Assembly: GCA_000004985.1 (NCBI GenBank)
Contig: GG738877.1
Length of the DNA: 64,000 nt
Reading direction: 5' to 3' (one strand)
Origin: Naegleria gruberi
Lineage: Eukaryota
The position numbers and the translations under genes are program-made. Below are positions 62,647 to 64,000 of the stretch, in pieces; position 1 is the first letter of the stretch, and every line of letters starts with the position of its first letter. Below the pieces are notes generated by a model. It was not told the DNA's origin, made no database searches, and was given only the letters and a program-made list of their open reading frames with translations.

Positions 62647-64000
62647 ATGACATCTAATCAAATTAATCATAATGAAAATATCATAAATAATAACAACATG
62701 TTATTAGAAGAATTACCTAATGAAATACTTTGTTTAATATTAGATCATTTTGAATTTAAATTTCTATTTCACAATTATAGATTAATATGTAAAAAATTTA
62801 ATTTTATTATTTGTAATGAATTGAGATGTTCATGTTCAATTGTTAAAACTATGAATATAATTAATAGTGATGAAAATATTAAATCTTTTATTTCATGTTG
62901 TGAAAATAATTGTTTAAATTCAATTACAAGTTTAAAAAATATTAAACCTCATAGTATGTTAATTATTTAATTATTTAATTAATTTTTGTAATTTTTAAAA
63001 GGCTTGTTAAAGAAAATTCATTTATTAAAAAATTTAACAAATTTAGAAATTTCAAATTGTAATTTAAAATTAATTCAAATAGAAAATTTACAACATTTAC
63101 AAAATTTAACTTGTCATTTTGGAGATGATTATAAAAATACTTCAAATTTAGTACTTAATTTTAAAAATTTAAAATCATTAAATATTAATTATTTTACAAA
63201 AGATACTTTATCTAAAATGGCAAATTTAAATTTAGAAAAATTAATTCTTTCTTATAATGTTATGGAAGATGATTTAGAAAATTTAACTTTAAATAGCAAT
63301 TTAAAATATTTACACATTTCAAATATTTATAATTTAAATGGAAAACAAATTTATAAATTTAAAAATTTAAATTTTTTAAAATTAACTAATTATACTAAAT
63401 TGGATGAAAAAGAATTAAATCAATTTTATAAATCTTTATTAGAATTAAAATATTTAAAAAATATTGAATTTTATCTTACATTAACTGATGAATTTTTTAA
63501 TTATTGTAATCAATTACCATCTTTAGCAAGTTTAATATTACATAATGGTATTAATAATGGTATTAATAGTATTAATATTAATAATAATAATTTAAAAAAT
63601 TTAGAAATTTATTGCGATTCTTTAAAAAATTTAAAAATTTCAAATAATTTACAAAATTTAAATTTAAATTGTAAAAATATTGAAAATGTTGAATTTAATT
63701 CAATTAAAAATTTACAAATTTCAAATTCTAATTTTAATTGTATTAAAAATGTTGATAATTTAACAAAAACAACAAATTTAAGTTTAACTAACATGTCAAT
63801 GAATGATGAATTTTCATCCATTTTTGAAAATTTAACAAATTTAGAATCTTTAATTTTATCAAAAAATAATTTTAAGAAACTTGATTTTTCAAACTTAACA
63901 AAATTAGATTTAAATGGAAACAAAAATTTAGAATTTGTTGATTTATCTAATTGTAAATTAACATATTTAGATTTATCATTTACTAAAATTGGAAGCGAAA
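62647..64000 (+). CDS. F-box / leucine-rich-repeat protein, copy B (runs off window end)
   Basis: Exon 1 is 62647-62953. A GTATGT donor opens a 48-nt intron (62954-63001) with an AAG acceptor. Exon 2 runs from 63002 to beyond 64000. It is stop-free, which is why it is absent from the ORF track, and it encodes about 330 aa of LRRs (…NLTNLEISNCNLKLIQIENLQHLQNL…LKSLNINYFTKDTL…NLKYLHISNIYNL…NLKNLEIYCDSLKNLKISNNLQNLNLNC…LTNLESLILSKNNFKKLDFSNLTKLDLNGNKNLEFVDLSNCKLTYLDLSFTKIGSE). Confidence 0.5.

Larger units (their letters stand above)
61946..64000. repeat. duplicated block, copy B (truncated by window end)
   Basis: See copy A. Copy B starts immediately after a 50-N gap and carries intact reading frames for both genes. 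Confidence 0.85.

Noticed and set aside
63609-63923. Minus-strand 104-aa ORF (and 53495-54277 partner) across the LRR exon
   Set aside because: It is antisense to a stop-free plus-strand LRR exon that is absent from the track only because it runs off the window. It is a mirror ORF of AT-rich, repetitive coding sequence.
1-64000. Prokaryotic-style content (operons, CRISPR arrays, phage or defence islands, IS elements)
   Set aside because: The window is eukaryotic, with spliceosomal introns, intron-containing tRNA and eukaryote-specific genes. There are no repeat-spacer arrays, and the only tandem repeats are AT microsatellites in introns and codon-level (aat)n or (caa)n tracts.

Overview
This window is eukaryotic nuclear DNA, not prokaryotic. 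The genes are AT-rich, Asn/Gln/Ser homopolymer tracts are common, introns are spliceosomal (GTAAGT or GTATGT ... AG) and range from 39 to about 160 nt, and the tRNA genes include one with an intron. All of this fits an amoebozoan of the dictyostelid (social amoeba) type, although intergenic DNA here is less AT-rich than in D. discoideum. The ORF track marks TTG and GTG starts as M, so the first ATG was chosen as the start where needed. The window is gene-dense, with about 44 protein-coding genes and 3 tRNA genes. Genes assigned with good support are: DNA polymerase delta C-terminus (partial), a TLDc protein, an intron-containing PstS-type phosphate-binding protein with a membrane anchor, sestrin, D-2-hydroxyglutarate/D-lactate dehydrogenase, glycine-cleavage H protein, peroxisomal acyl-CoA oxidase, CNOT3-like and CNOT10-like CCR4-NOT subunits, SF3B6/p14, a TBC RabGAP, an LRRC45-like centrosomal protein, a stand-alone NPC1 N-terminal-domain protein, RWDD1, ACAD8-type acyl-CoA dehydrogenase, and the 5' part of xanthine dehydrogenase. 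The rest are low-complexity hypothetical proteins. There are four N gaps at 34750-34799, 53506-54155, 59188-60384 and 61896-61945. The 3' end of the window (61946-64000) is a near-identical second copy of 52471-54354, differing by one substitution and two 1-nt indels that frameshift the first copy. No CRISPR array, operon or prokaryotic defence or mobile system is present. The items most worth a second look are a eukaryotic PstS/DING-like gene, an NPC1-NTD-only protein, the duplicated block and likely scaffold misjoin, and a sharp codon-composition shift near 43.9 kb.
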